DNA of 64,000 nucleotides from a virus: IMG/VR virus record IMGVR_UViG_3300037323_000212, positions 6,227 to 70,226 of that record; one strand, 5' to 3'. Shown piece by piece: positions 39,722 to 50,018 of this stretch (position 1 is its first letter; each line of letters starts with the position of its first letter). The notes under the pieces were generated by a model. It saw only the letters and a program-made list of their open reading frames with translations, ran no database searches and was not told where the DNA came from. The position numbers and the translations under genes were made by a program.

Positions 39722-42316
39722 TTACGCGGGCAATGCCATTGCCCGCAAGAAGTCGAGTTTCACCGGGTCTTGTTCGAGCTCGGCTGGGAAACTCATCCAG
39801 TTGGCAATGGTAGACGCCACTGGGGTTGGGAGGCTGGCGGCGTTAGAGAGTGTCCTTGGGCGGTTGATGTCCAAGCAGTTCTTGTGCGGCGCCAAGTTCT
39901 CCAGCTCGTGTGCGGTGGCGTTGTCCAGCGCCAGCACGATGTTCATCTGCTTTACCTTCCACACCGCTCGTGAGTTCGGTGTGCGTTCATCATTGAACTG
40001 CTGCATGTCTCCATGCAGAAGAGACCATATCTTCACCTTTCGCTTAAGCGGTAAGGTGTCCCCTGTTTCGGCGCCACTTGGCGCCTACTCCGTGTTAATG
40101 GATGGCCGTTGAACTCGTCCCGTGCCCATTACAGGTTTAGGGAATCAGCTGCTGGTTGTCTCTAACTTAGGCTATTGTTAAACATTCATGGCCTGCTTTC
40201 GCGGCCATTGTAGTTAGCAAGTTTGGCGAGAGGTTCCAGCAATTAAGGGGAAATCTATCGGACTGTTTCTAGCCCATAGGACCTAAAGCTTGTTTATTGC
40301 AAGCTTGATCACCATCGAACCTATTGTCCAGTCGATTCTGCTAATCGACCCGGTGTGCTAATCGACCACCCGCCTCCTGTCTCCAGGAGGAGCAGACTAT
40401 GTCATGATCCTGAGGATTCAGGACCCTTCCCGTTTCGGGGCTCATGCCCCTACACCGCGCTACCGGTTAGTCGTTGGCCAGATCCCATGTCTTTCGATTT
40501 AGGGACTTCGGTGCTCAAGTAGTCTCTACTCACTGATTTTTAAACGTTCATGTGTCCTCTTTGGGAGGGTCAAGCTTTCGCCCACATTGTAGTTCAGTGA
40601 TCTAACAAGATTTCCTAGCAATTAGGGAAGCACTAACGCCGCATTGCTGCTGCGCAGGACTGTGTGTTAATTTTTGTTTTACAAACCGCTTACGTTTCAT
40701 AAAACGAAATCAACACACTTTATCAGCGTTGACCATTATCTTCCACTGGGCGCGTGAAGCCCAATGCGTTCACTCAGGGTCTCACGACCGCAAGGACTGC
40801 TGCACCTCTCGATGCACGAGGAGACTATCTCATCATCCCAGTGCCCTGGGATGGTTCCTGTTTCGAGGCCACTTGGCCCCTACGCCTTTCGGCTAGTCGT
40901 TGAACTCTTCCCATGTCCCGGCTTCACAGCGGTACGCAGGGATTCAGCTGCTGATTGCCTCTACCTGTGAATTTTCAAACCGTCACGTTCGCCGTTTCCA
41001 GCCGCGTTGTGGTTTCACAGTTTAACCAAGGGTTTCCAGCAATTAAGGAACTTATCTACCCAGCATTGCTACTGGGTGGGACTCAATGTTAATCCTTTAA
41101 CCGACAAGATCGACAAGGTGATTGTCGGGTCTTCTACGTCGGTCTTCACTTTGGTGATGAACATGCGCTGCGTGGAGCCCCTGGCTAGGCTGGGGTTGCG
41201 CGAGAAGATGCACGGCAGGCCTTTATCGGGGGACTCATCGATCAGCTCGTGAAACAGCTCATCAATCAAGTGGTTGTACTTGACTGTGTTCTCTTGCAAC
41301 AGGCCTGCGATTTGGTTGGGGGTGTAGCCCCTGCGCAGCAGCTTGTTGGTGAGGTGCATGCGCAGCATCGTCACACCGTGCCCCCACGCGATGTGCAGCT
41401 CATCGTAGCGGTGCGCCTTGGTGTTGCTCGTGATCACAGCCCTGGCTGAGAAGTGGTTTCTCGTGCCAAAGATGTGCTTCCTAAACAAACCGTTCTTCTG
41501 CGAGAAGATCTCGGAGTAGGCGCTGTGGTAGAAGTCTGCCAGCATGGAGATCGTCTTGGCGGTGCGGTTCTCCTTTTGTCTCAACGTGAAATTGGCCAGC
41601 GGGGAGTCAATGGACGAGATGGTGCGAATCGCATCGATTGCCCCCGTGACCAGTGGGTCCACGAACTGGCCGACCTTTGTGTCCTCCACCACCATCAGCG
41701 TCTTGTTGGGCAGGGGCAGGTACTGGCTGAACACGCACTCGCGCTGCTCTCTGAGCAGCTGCAGCACCTGGTCGTCCTCGCCCTTCTTGGGGCGAAAGCG
41801 CTTGAGTCCAGCCAAGATGGTGATGTACTTATCGAAGTTCTTCACGAAATTGTTGTACCCCCGCTCAATGCCCAAGAAGCTGAGCTCGCCCAGCTCCACC
41901 GGTTTGCTGGAGGTGGGGTGGTAGTCGGTGTTGCAGATCCATTCGATGAAATTGAAGTTCGATTTGCTGAACTTCTTGCAGATCATCGTCCACACCAGGG
42001 GGTTGATCAGCCGCTCCACGCCCTTGGGCGCGCGTATCCACACGAGCGGCTCCAGCTGCTGATCGAACACCTCACTCACTGGCTTTTGACAGTTGCCACA
42101 GATCACCCCCATTTGGTAGCCACCTTGCAAGTCGCCACACTCACAGCGGGGCTCGTTGCTGAACAAGTCGGTCTTGTCGTACTTGACCGAGATCAGCTGG
42201 TCGATGTACAAGCGGTCGTCCTCGCTGGCGCACGACAAGTCGTTGATGATGATCGGCTCAATTGATGCCTTGAGAAAGGCTTGGCTGAAGTTCTCCAACT
42301 CGATGAAAATTCCCAT
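39722..42316 (-). CDS. Non-virion RNA polymerase beta' catalytic subunit (phiKZ gp55-56-like), spliced from 4 exons
   Basis: complement(join(39722..39949,40308..40319,40722..40732,41092..42316)) = 1476 nt, 491 aa. CECG..CGNC Zn finger, KNGLFRKHIFGTRNHFSARAVI, RNPSL; splicing rebuilds SVKG-FNAD-FDGD-QMNIVLALDN. Confidence 0.9.
39950..40307 (-). ncRNA. Group I intron C in nvRNAP beta' (358 nt, no ORF)
   Basis: Minus strand: AATTGCTGGAAC (P), AACCAGCAGC (Q), GTTCAACGGCCA (R) with compensated GAAGATATGGTC (S); terminal G at 39950. Confidence 0.88.
40320..40721 (-). ncRNA. Group I intron B in nvRNAP beta' (402 nt, no ORF)
   Basis: Minus strand: AATTGCTAGGAA (P), GCCAACGACTA (R), GACATAGTC (S); terminal G at 40320. 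Confidence 0.88.
40733..41091 (-). ncRNA. Group I intron A in nvRNAP beta' (359 nt, no ORF)
   Basis: Minus strand: AATTGCTGGAAA (P), AATCAGCAGC (Q), GTTCAACGACTA (R), GAGATAGTC (S). Exon end GGAT pairs with IGS GTCC; terminal G at 40733. Confidence 0.88.
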
Positions 42317-42430
42317 ATCGACTTTCCTTGTGCTGAAAATAAAAAAGGTAGGCATAACCGGGAGTGCCGTGAAGCACTCCCGGTTATATCAGTTACCTGC
42401 ACCGCCTAATGGCGCGGTGCACCTTGCCGC

Positions 42431-44335
42431 TTAGATGCTCCAGCGACCACCGAACTGGCGGGTCTGCTCCAGGGACTTGCTCTCACCCCCGCCGTAGTTT
42501 GGTCCAAAGACCGGGTCCTTGAACGACCCGGGCATCACCGCTGTTTGCGGCAAGAACGAGGCCACACCGCGCTGGTCCTCGTAGCCACCGGACAGCGCGG
42601 GGCTGACCAGGCGCGCGTTTAGGCCCGCCGCTTTGCACGCGTTGCCAAGTGCAATCACGAACTTGTCGTCCAGCGTGACCAAGCGGGCCATGCCCGTCCA
42701 GGTGGTCTCGTATCGGATCAGCTCACTCAGCATGCGCTTGCGCTCGCTCAAGCGCTGGGCGAGTGGATACTCCGTCCTGTAGAACGTGTCCGAGAACGCT
42801 TGCGCGGTTTGGCGCTGGATCTCTGTGGACTGTGACGCGCCCAGGTTCAGCATGGCGAGATAGTCGTAGTCACGGATGTCGTGACGCTGGCCGTCTGCAC
42901 CAATGTAGTAGCCCAAATGCACCTGCTCGTCCATCACCATCACGGGGTTGTCGTTGCCCCCGTAGAATTGAGCAAACTTGCCCCCGGTGAGCGTGTTGGC
43001 CCCCTCCAGCAGCGCTTGGGCAGCCCGTGGGTTGCCCTGTGCTGCCAAGGAGAACACCTCGTTGTACCAGGTGTCTGCACCCAGGTCTGACACGAGCAAA
43101 GAGATGGTGAGGCCTGGGCGCACGGCCCCTTGCAGCAGCGTGCCCAAGCTCAGCTTGTTCACGTTGAAGCTGGCCGCCTTCGTGTCCACCGCACCACCGT
43201 AGCCGCTTGGGTCGTTGAAGATGTTGGCCTCTACGTTGATTGCGCCAATGTCCTTCAGGTCCACCGCAGCACCCTTGGACGCCTCTTTGGGCCGTGGGCT
43301 GTAGTACGGGTACCACGCTTTCCCCTCCGTCAGGGCGATTGTTGTGGCAAGCGCGAGCAGCTGCGCTGGAATGCTGGGGCGCAGGTAGTTCTCCAGGTTA
43401 GTGACCACCAGTCTTGCAGCGAATTTTTGATTCATAGGCTGGGATTGGTTGTCGTAGCCGTAGCCATAGCCTTGGGGCTGTGTAACGGGTGCCCAAACCA
43501 AGTCGATGTAGCCGCCAACGGAGGTGACTTTCATCGTCCTGGCCTGGCTCTTGATGCCTTGGGCATCGGGCTTGACGATCTCGGTGGCGATCAGGTCCAC
43601 CGAGATGTTGGAGCGCACCGGCAGCCCCACATAGTCGACCTTGTCAGGCTGATTGAAGTCAACCCGCACCTGCAAGTTGGCGTCGATTGCCCTTTGCGAG
43701 AGGTCAAAGTCTTGCCAGTTGGAGTCGCGCATCTCTTGGTCAGACAACACCGGCAGACTTGCGTTGGCTGCGACCAAACGCGCTGCGTTCTCGTCCTCCC
43801 AGTTAAACGAGCGCGGGATGACTTGGCCCGACACTGCAAAGCAGCTCTTGCCCGGAAAGGCGCGCTGCACGATGGTCGCCACTGTGTCGCGGTACACCGA
43901 TGTCATCACGTCCGCTGCGAAGCGGCTGATGACAATCTGTCGGTTGTTGTATGTCACGACCTCATCGGCCAAGCTCTCGCCCGAGCCCTCTAGGATGACG
44001 GTGTGGTAGCTCACCCCAGCGCCAGGGTTGGCTTTGTTGCGCGCGCACACCACCACTGAGCTCAGGGAGAGACGCGTCTCTTTGGTGTTGTCCACCGCCA
44101 AGACAATGACCTCCATCGGTGAGTCCTTGAAGTCCTTCAAGTACTGTGCGGTCAAAACCGCCATCGCCTTGACCAACACCTCGCTGGCGGCGGTGCGGCT
44201 CATGCCGCTGGTGGGCCGCATGTTGAAGAATCCCCACGATGGGTTGTTCCCCATTGGGGTTTGCGGGATGTTGCCACCTGGATTTGGTGGGGTGAAGGAG
44301 CCGTTGTCTGGCTCGTTGTTGCCTTTGATGGCCAT
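42431..44335 (-). CDS. chmA: Chimallin, phage nuclear shell protein (phiKZ gp54-like)
   Basis: 634 aa; GYIDLVW, DIGAINVE, GYYIGADGQRHDIRDYDYLAMLN and C-terminal RG motifs; immediately upstream of the nvRNAP beta' gene. Confidence 0.88.
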   Translation of the reverse strand: MAIKGNNEPDNGSFTPPNPGGNIPQTPMGNNPSWGFFNMRPTSGMSRTAASEVLVKAMAVLTAQYLKDFKDSPMEVIVLAVDNTKETRLSLSSVVVCARNKANPGAGVSYHTVILEGSGESLADEVVTYNNRQIVISRFAADVMTSVYRDTVATIVQRAFPGKSCFAVSGQVIPRSFNWEDENAARLVAANASLPVLSDQEMRDSNWQDFDLSQRAIDANLQVRVDFNQPDKVDYVGLPVRSNISVDLIATEIVKPDAQGIKSQARTMKVTSVGGYIDLVWAPVTQPQGYGYGYDNQSQPMNQKFAARLVVTNLENYLRPSIPAQLLALATTIALTEGKAWYPYYSPRPKEASKGAAVDLKDIGAINVEANIFNDPSGYGGAVDTKAASFNVNKLSLGTLLQGAVRPGLTISLLVSDLGADTWYNEVFSLAAQGNPRAAQALLEGANTLTGGKFAQFYGGNDNPVMVMDEQVHLGYYIGADGQRHDIRDYDYLAMLNLGASQSTEIQRQTAQAFSDTFYRTEYPLAQRLSERKRMLSELIRYETTWTGMARLVTLDDKFVIALGNACKAAGLNARLVSPALSGGYEDQRGVASFLPQTAVMPGSFKDPVFGPNYGGGESKSLEQTRQFGGRWSI

Positions 44336-44759
44336 GGTAATTTCCTTTGGTGATTGAAACAGAAAAACAAGTTAAATACACGCGCGTATATTCATCAGAA
44401 ACAGTCTAGATTCTTCAGGAGAGTGAAGCGAGCTCCGGCCAGACAAGCCGGTTTGTTGTGACACGAGTGAGTCGTGTGCGGGTGGATACAAACTATCGAG
44501 CACAGTGGTTTATTTAACAACGAGTGCGCAGTAGACCAAGAAGGTAATAAGTGGTTGTAAAAATCTGCAATCGAGTACCAGCACGGCAAAGGGCTTGCGC
44601 TCGGGCCACTGTGTTTCAAGTGGCCCGAGCGGGCAGGGAAGGTTAACCTGCAACGGCGCCTTCTATACCATTAGGGTGCCGATATTTTTTTGTGGCATGT
44701 CATCTTGTGTCGCCCGCCGCGCGGGCCTGCGCTTTACTTTGGGGCCTTGAGCACCAACC

Positions 44760-45842
44760 ATGATCGAACTCTTCAGAACCCTCTCCAAAGACGCGCTGGG
44801 CGTGCTGCGCCCGCCCGCGTGGGCGTTTGTGCAACGAGGCTTGCAACGCAACGTAAGCTTGATCCAGCAGCACCACTACGCCTACCCGCGCGCCGTGAGA
44901 AGCACTCACGTGCTGATTCGCTTGCTGAGCGCCATCGCCGTGCCCCGAGCGCTCTCCTTGGAGCGCTACTACGCCCACGTCGACGCCATTGCCCTTAATG
45001 CTGCAATGGTGCTGCGCATGACCTCCTCCATCTCCCGGGGCTCGCTTTTTAGGGGCATGTTCTACGGTACCACCACCCCAGAGATTTTGATTGCCACGGA
45101 CGACCGCTTTGATTTTGAGCACGTGCACGCCCACTGGCGCACGACACAAGCGCTCACCCCCTTGCTGCACGCCAAGAGCGACCTGAACGCCTTCTTGCCC
45201 AACGGAGCAGACACGAGCAAAGAAGATGGTCTGGCCGTGATACTGGTCAACGTCCCTATGCTAGCCGTGCAGTACCGCGCCTTCTTATTGAGCCAAGAGG
45301 GGAGGGAGTCACCCCAAACAGTCATGCAGTTCATCGGTGGCTATGTACTTCCCAACATGCTGCCTCGTCACTTGGACCTGTGCTTGTTCAACCGAGTCGC
45401 GCGCTTGCTGTTGGACAGGCCCACTGCACCACCGGCCACTGCTCGCCACTCTTTTGCGCTGACCAACTACGAGCGCGCTGCGGATGCGTGCTTGGTTCAA
45501 GCACTGGACAACGTGCAGCGCTCGTCGCTGAACTTTCGCGCCATCCTAAGCGCACTGCCCGCGCTGTACGCGCCAAGCCAGTACGAGGTGCTGCAGCTGC
45601 CCGACACGGCGCCCACGCGCCAAGTCGACTGGGCGCTTGTGCTGTGTCGCTTAAAGGCAGTGGACTTCGTGTTCACTGCAGCCGATGAGCAACTCCAAGC
45701 CAAGAACCAAATGTCCATCAACCAAATGGCGCGCGCGCTGAGCATCAATGACACGCAAGCGAGCTTGCGCGAGAACTTGCCAGCAGAATTGTTCTTTGAT
45801 GCACAAAGCACCGTGCAGCGCATTTTGAGTCAAGTCGCTTGA
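44760..45842 (+). CDS. Conserved core protein (phiKZ gp52-like)
   Basis: AVRSTHVLIRLL and ILVNVPMLAVQYRAF...FIGGYVLPNML motifs; divergent from chmA. Confidence 0.7.
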   Translation: MIELFRTLSKDALGVLRPPAWAFVQRGLQRNVSLIQQHHYAYPRAVRSTHVLIRLLSAIAVPRALSLERYYAHVDAIALNAAMVLRMTSSISRGSLFRGMFYGTTTPEILIATDDRFDFEHVHAHWRTTQALTPLLHAKSDLNAFLPNGADTSKEDGLAVILVNVPMLAVQYRAFLLSQEGRESPQTVMQFIGGYVLPNMLPRHLDLCLFNRVARLLLDRPTAPPATARHSFALTNYERAADACLVQALDNVQRSSLNFRAILSALPALYAPSQYEVLQLPDTAPTRQVDWALVLCRLKAVDFVFTAADEQLQAKNQMSINQMARALSINDTQASLRENLPAELFFDAQSTVQRILSQVA

Positions 45843-45847
45843 ATCTG

Positions 45848-45895
45848 GCATAGGGTCCACTGCTTTTGCTTACGCAAAAGCAGTGGACCCTATGC
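45848..45895. terminator. 22-bp perfect stem-loop between convergent genes
   Basis: GCATAGGGTCCACTGCTTTTGC-TTAC-GCAAAAGCAGTGGACCCTATGC. Confidence 0.75.
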
Positions 45896-45905
45896 TGATA
45901 CTCGC

Positions 45906-48044
45906 TCAGTAGTAGGTGCTGATCATGCGACGCACCTTGTCGCCGTTGCTGTAGTAGCCAATCGTCTCGAGCAAGACGTAGAAGATTTTCACGATGTCTC
46001 CAACGATCTTCACGTAATCCACCACGGGCAGCACCTCGGTGGGCAGCCCCCTGGCCTGCACACAGGCCAGGGGCAGGTTCAAAGTGGTGATCTTGTTGCG
46101 CCCGGTGCGCGCGCTCCACGCGCTTAGCCGATTGGCCAGCTCTCGGTCCTCTAAGCCCGTGACCCATTTCAGCAACTTAACGGGGGTATCGAGCTGCACG
46201 GAGATCTTAAGCGTCGAGTAGGGTGGGGTGGGCATGGAGCCGTATTTCGGTGCAAAAACCTCGTTCCAAAAGTCGTGGTGCATGTAGGGCGAGGTGTCTT
46301 TGTCGCCCGTGTAGCTCTGGGCGTCCTTGATCGAGCCGCTCCTCAAAAACCGGGTCTCTCCCTTTTGTATGGACAAGATGATTTCTCGCTCGGTGTCGGC
46401 AATCTCCCTTAGGTACTTCTCGATGGACAGCTCGCCATTTAAGCGCACCTGGGTCAAGATGTCCTTCATCATCGCTGTGCCCCGAGCGATGATCTCGCGC
46501 GGCGCGTTCGATGATTTCAGCCCCACGCCTTTGATCTCAATTTCGTGCTCGGTAAACACATCGCCCTCTTGGGCTGAGATGTCAGCGAAGTAGTGCTTGC
46601 CCAGCTGGGTGGGCACGAACACGTCAAACTTGAACTCGTTTTTCATGGCAATGTCGTGCAAGCTGTCCTTGGGAATGCCGTAGTTTGCTGACATGATGGC
46701 CAAGAGGTTGGCAATGGTGGCTGCAGCCAAGAACACGACCGTGTCTGCCACCTGCGTGCCCGCAGGGTCAAAGGTGATCTTGCCGTGGTACCACAGCGTC
46801 CAGTCTTGCACGGTGAAGATGGTCGAGTCGGTGTCAGATGTGAGCGCGCAGCGCCGTATGCTGCTGGGGAAATGCGCCATGCTGGGGGGCATGTTGGTCG
46901 TGCACCATAGCGTCTCAATCAAGTCTTGGTAGTCGCTTAGCGTATGCGCGATGCTCTCAACGGTGAGTGCCAAGGTGGCGTGCGCAGGCGTGCCCTCCAA
47001 GGTGCTGTAGTTCTTGCCAATGCCCTGAGTGATCTTCTTGCACAGCAGGTGCGCGAGCGCCACGTGGTCATCGGGGGCGGCTTTGAGCGCAGCACTGGGG
47101 TTGGGGTGGTGGCCTGTGACTTGGTTGCCCAAGCGCGTGATCAGCGTGCGCACGAGCGCCTCGTTGTGCTCCTTTAGGTGGTAGAAGTCCCCGGTGTACA
47201 AAAAGGCAGCTCTTTGCAAGGGGCTTAACTGCTCGACCAAGGTTGTGATGGTGGCCAAGTGGCGAGCCGACCTCCAGTACAGGTCCGTGGAGTACGTGAT
47301 ACCCGCCATCGTCTCTTGTGCAGTGGGCAGGTGAATGGCGTAGCGGTCCACCAGTGCTTGGAGCTTGAAGTAGTTCGTGTTGCGCACAATTGACACAATG
47401 TTGTTCAGCACAATGTGGTGGTTAAAGTAGTGGCGGTTGCCGCACAGGAACTTCTCGTTGTTGGCGTTTCCGTAGCCCGAGGTGCTGCGGCACACCGAGG
47501 TAAGCGTGCTGTGGGCGGTCTTGTTGTACAGAGGCGTGGACGGGGACACGTGAGCGCCAGAGATCGCGTTGTTGCCCAGTTTTCGACCTGTCTGCTCGAT
47601 CTTCTTTAAGTCCGCCAAGGCTTTTTGCTTGGCTGCGCGCGCGACGAACATCGCTTTTTTGGCAACCGAGCGCAGCTGGATGTTCTCCTTGATGTACAAG
47701 CTCAAGATCGACTGCTTTTGAGCTGGGTTTAGGTACGTGGTGAGTGTTGGGGCAATCAGCTCGTGCTTGGCCACGGAGTCTTTAATGTAGTGGTTCAGTG
47801 TCGTGGTGCCCTTGACCCGGTCGCCGTTGCTCCCGCGCTGCAAGTACTCCACGGCGGGGTCCACAAAGGCAAACTGCCCCCCGGGCTTCAGTGCGGTCGA
47901 TACAAAGCGCTGGCACTCTGCAAGTGCCCGCCCCGTGGCCAAGTGCAGGTAAAGCGCGCTGTCTTGCGCGTAGTGCTTGAGCACGTCCAAGTCGCGCTGG
48001 TACTCACCGGTGGGTCGAACAAAAAGGTTGGTGGGTTTTGACAT
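45906..48044 (-). CDS. DNA polymerase B, catalytic subunit (phiKZ gp50-like)
   Basis: KLGNNAISGA (motif B), SDTDSTIF (motif C), KHYFA and EIKGV. Confidence 0.9.
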   Translation of the reverse strand: MSKPTNLFVRPTGEYQRDLDVLKHYAQDSALYLHLATGRALAECQRFVSTALKPGGQFAFVDPAVEYLQRGSNGDRVKGTTTLNHYIKDSVAKHELIAPTLTTYLNPAQKQSILSLYIKENIQLRSVAKKAMFVARAAKQKALADLKKIEQTGRKLGNNAISGAHVSPSTPLYNKTAHSTLTSVCRSTSGYGNANNEKFLCGNRHYFNHHIVLNNIVSIVRNTNYFKLQALVDRYAIHLPTAQETMAGITYSTDLYWRSARHLATITTLVEQLSPLQRAAFLYTGDFYHLKEHNEALVRTLITRLGNQVTGHHPNPSAALKAAPDDHVALAHLLCKKITQGIGKNYSTLEGTPAHATLALTVESIAHTLSDYQDLIETLWCTTNMPPSMAHFPSSIRRCALTSDTDSTIFTVQDWTLWYHGKITFDPAGTQVADTVVFLAAATIANLLAIMSANYGIPKDSLHDIAMKNEFKFDVFVPTQLGKHYFADISAQEGDVFTEHEIEIKGVGLKSSNAPREIIARGTAMMKDILTQVRLNGELSIEKYLREIADTEREIILSIQKGETRFLRSGSIKDAQSYTGDKDTSPYMHHDFWNEVFAPKYGSMPTPPYSTLKISVQLDTPVKLLKWVTGLEDRELANRLSAWSARTGRNKITTLNLPLACVQARGLPTEVLPVVDYVKIVGDIVKIFYVLLETIGYYSNGDKVRRMISTYY

Positions 48045-48476
48045 ACGTGTTTCTGAGCAGGCGCACACCGCCTGTGACAGACCATAGAGGGAAAAGATGT
48101 TTTTCAACCAACAGCGGCATAATCCCCCACTCGCTTAGGCCATCAGGTGCCAAGCGAGTGGGGGAGATGCGCTCTCACGTTTTGAAGCGGTTAATCAGCT
48201 GAGCATTGGGTCAGGCGCTCTACAGCGATCACTGACAGTTTGTGAGGTAGCGGTCAAAGGAAATTAAACCCCGCCCTCACAAAGCGTCGCGCACCGCTCT
48301 GGGCTGAGCTGAGCTGGCTCCTCGCTTCAAGACAAGGCAGTTCACCAGCGTGGCTTTTGTCAAGCGGGGTGGTGTGCTGTCTTATCACAGTATAAGTCAT
48401 CTTGACCTAAGTGTTAGAACAAACAAGCACTGTTCGGTGGATTTGTTGTGTTAAAAAATAAGACAGCATAAAACAA

Positions 48477-48625
48477 GAGGACCAAAGTCCTCTTGTTTTG
48501 ATGCGCGTTAAACTCAAAACCACTGGGGTGGGGTAAAAAAATAGCTTTTGCCCGTTTAGGAGCGTCAGAAGAAGTTTACAGCAGCTGGCATTTAAGCGCA
48601 TCAAAACAAGAGGACTTTGGTCCTC
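48477..48625. repeat. 30-bp perfect inverted repeat overlapping a hairpin
   Basis: GAGGACCAAAGTCCTCTTGTTTTGATGCGC (48477-48506) and its reverse complement (48596-48625). Confidence 0.85.
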
Positions 48626-48778
48626 AAACAATGCGGGTGCAACGCCCACCCCACAGACTGCTCCGAGGGGCACGAATAAGCGTTTGGTAGGGTTATCCAA
48701 AAAGGAGTAAAGTGTATACCAAAGCGTCTTCAATGCCCCTGAAGCAAGCTGGGAAGTGAGCGCTACACATAATGGCGC

Positions 48779-49177
48779 TCAATCGATGGTGCTGATCGTG
48801 ATGCTGGTAAATCCGTTTTGCAGCAGCACTTGGCGCAGCTTATCCAAGTCACTCAAATGGATGTCAGCCACAATCACGCTGGCCGTTGTCTTTACCACCA
48901 GCACGGGCTGCTCAGCAATCCAGTCCATCGCCAGCACGCGCACCTCGCCCGTGGAGGTACGGATCTTCACGTAGGTCAGGTCCGAGGCTGAGCGCGGCAC
49001 GCCTGGGCCCAGTTGGGAGTAGACCTGCACGTGCACGGGGGTCACGTCTTCAATGGCCTTGGCTGAATCGTAGTCCAAAAGAGCCAAGACGGTGGCGTCC
49101 TTGTAGCCGTAGCCCAAAATCGCGCCCGCTTTGAGCGTGAAGTTGTACACGCTCCTGATCGATAGGGAGTAGGTCAT
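48779..49177 (-). CDS. Conserved protein (phiKZ gp49-like)
   Basis: AILGYGYKDATVLALLDYDSA...HVQVYSQL...WI motif; position upstream of the DNA polymerase gene. Confidence 0.7.
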   Translation of the reverse strand: MTYSLSIRSVYNFTLKAGAILGYGYKDATVLALLDYDSAKAIEDVTPVHVQVYSQLGPGVPRSASDLTYVKIRTSTGEVRVLAMDWIAEQPVLVVKTTASVIVADIHLSDLDKLRQVLLQNGFTSITISTID

Positions 49178-49621
49178 TTAAAAAATTCTCTCTGGGTCGT
49201 TGTCTGATAAATGTTTGATCACCACGCAGTTCGCACGCAGTGAGTGAAACACGTAGTTAAATTTGTTTGAGTCGAGCTCAATCACCTCAAACAGCTGCTG
49301 GGCCACCATGTCAGCAATGCTCTCGTAGAGCTTTAAGTAACTTGCTTGAACTATTTGCCCAAGCGAGGTAAGCGTCGTGTAAGACACCTGCAGGCCGCGG
49401 TGGCGAAGCAAGGTGAAGTTTGGGCGGTGGGCGTACACGACCATCGTGCCGGGCTGCTGCGTCTTTGAGTCAGACAGCCAGTACAAAAACTCATCAAACA
49501 CCTGCGTGAGCAGCTCGTGCACGTCCGAGTCGTCCAAGATCCCAACTGCTCTGAAGCACGAGACGCACTCGCGGGTATCGAGCACAATGTACTCAGGAAC
49601 AAGGGGCTTGGTCCAAGACAT
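49178..49621 (-). CDS. Hypothetical protein, paralog array member
   Basis: 147 aa; YIVLDTRE N-terminal motif. Confidence 0.65.
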   Translation of the reverse strand: MSWTKPLVPEYIVLDTRECVSCFRAVGILDDSDVHELLTQVFDEFLYWLSDSKTQQPGTMVVYAHRPNFTLLRHRGLQVSYTTLTSLGQIVQASYLKLYESIADMVAQQLFEVIELDSNKFNYVFHSLRANCVVIKHLSDNDPERIF

Positions 49622-50018
49622 GGAGTTCTCTGTTGAGTTGTTCGTGGTACAGGTCCTCTCGCTGCATCAGCACGCCATCGGCGTGCATCGCCTGGTAGGT
49701 GTACAGCAGCTGGCCGTTGTCGTACAGCTGGTTAAAGCGAAACGCATCCAAGAGATCCTTGCTCAGGTGCATCATGAAATCGAGCACCTGCTCAAACTCG
49801 TGGTACAAGTCGCCGTAGCAGTGTTGCTCGACCAAATCGAGGTACAGGTACTCCACATCGGTCTCAGCGGTTGCATTGCAGCGCAGCGAGTCAATCAGTT
49901 GGCCCATCAAGGCGTCTTGGTCGATGGTCCAGCCAATCTCGTACTCCAGAGCCGCCAGCCTGAGCCGGTACTCGCTCAGGTCCAGCAGCAGTTTGGAGGG
50001 TGCGCTAGGTGCACTCAC
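49593..50018 (-). CDS. Hypothetical protein, paralog array member
   Basis: Probable GTG start; KLLLDLSEY motif. Confidence 0.65.
   Translation of the reverse strand: MSAPSAPSKLLLDLSEYRLRLAALEYEIGWTIDQDALMGQLIDSLRCNATAETDVEYLYLDLVEQHCYGDLYHEFEQVLDFMMHLSKDLLDAFRFNQLYDNGQLLYTYQAMHADGVLMQREDLYHEQLNRELHVLDQAPCS

Noticed and set aside
39722-40036. 104-aa ORF as an independent gene
   Set aside because: Its first 29 codons are intron C sequence and the remainder is the last exon of the RNAP beta' gene. The same applies to ORFs 9528-9710, 10057-10299 and 22995-23396.
48407-48733. 108-aa ORF in the long intergenic region
   Set aside because: It runs through hairpins and inverted repeats, with atypical composition and no RBS.
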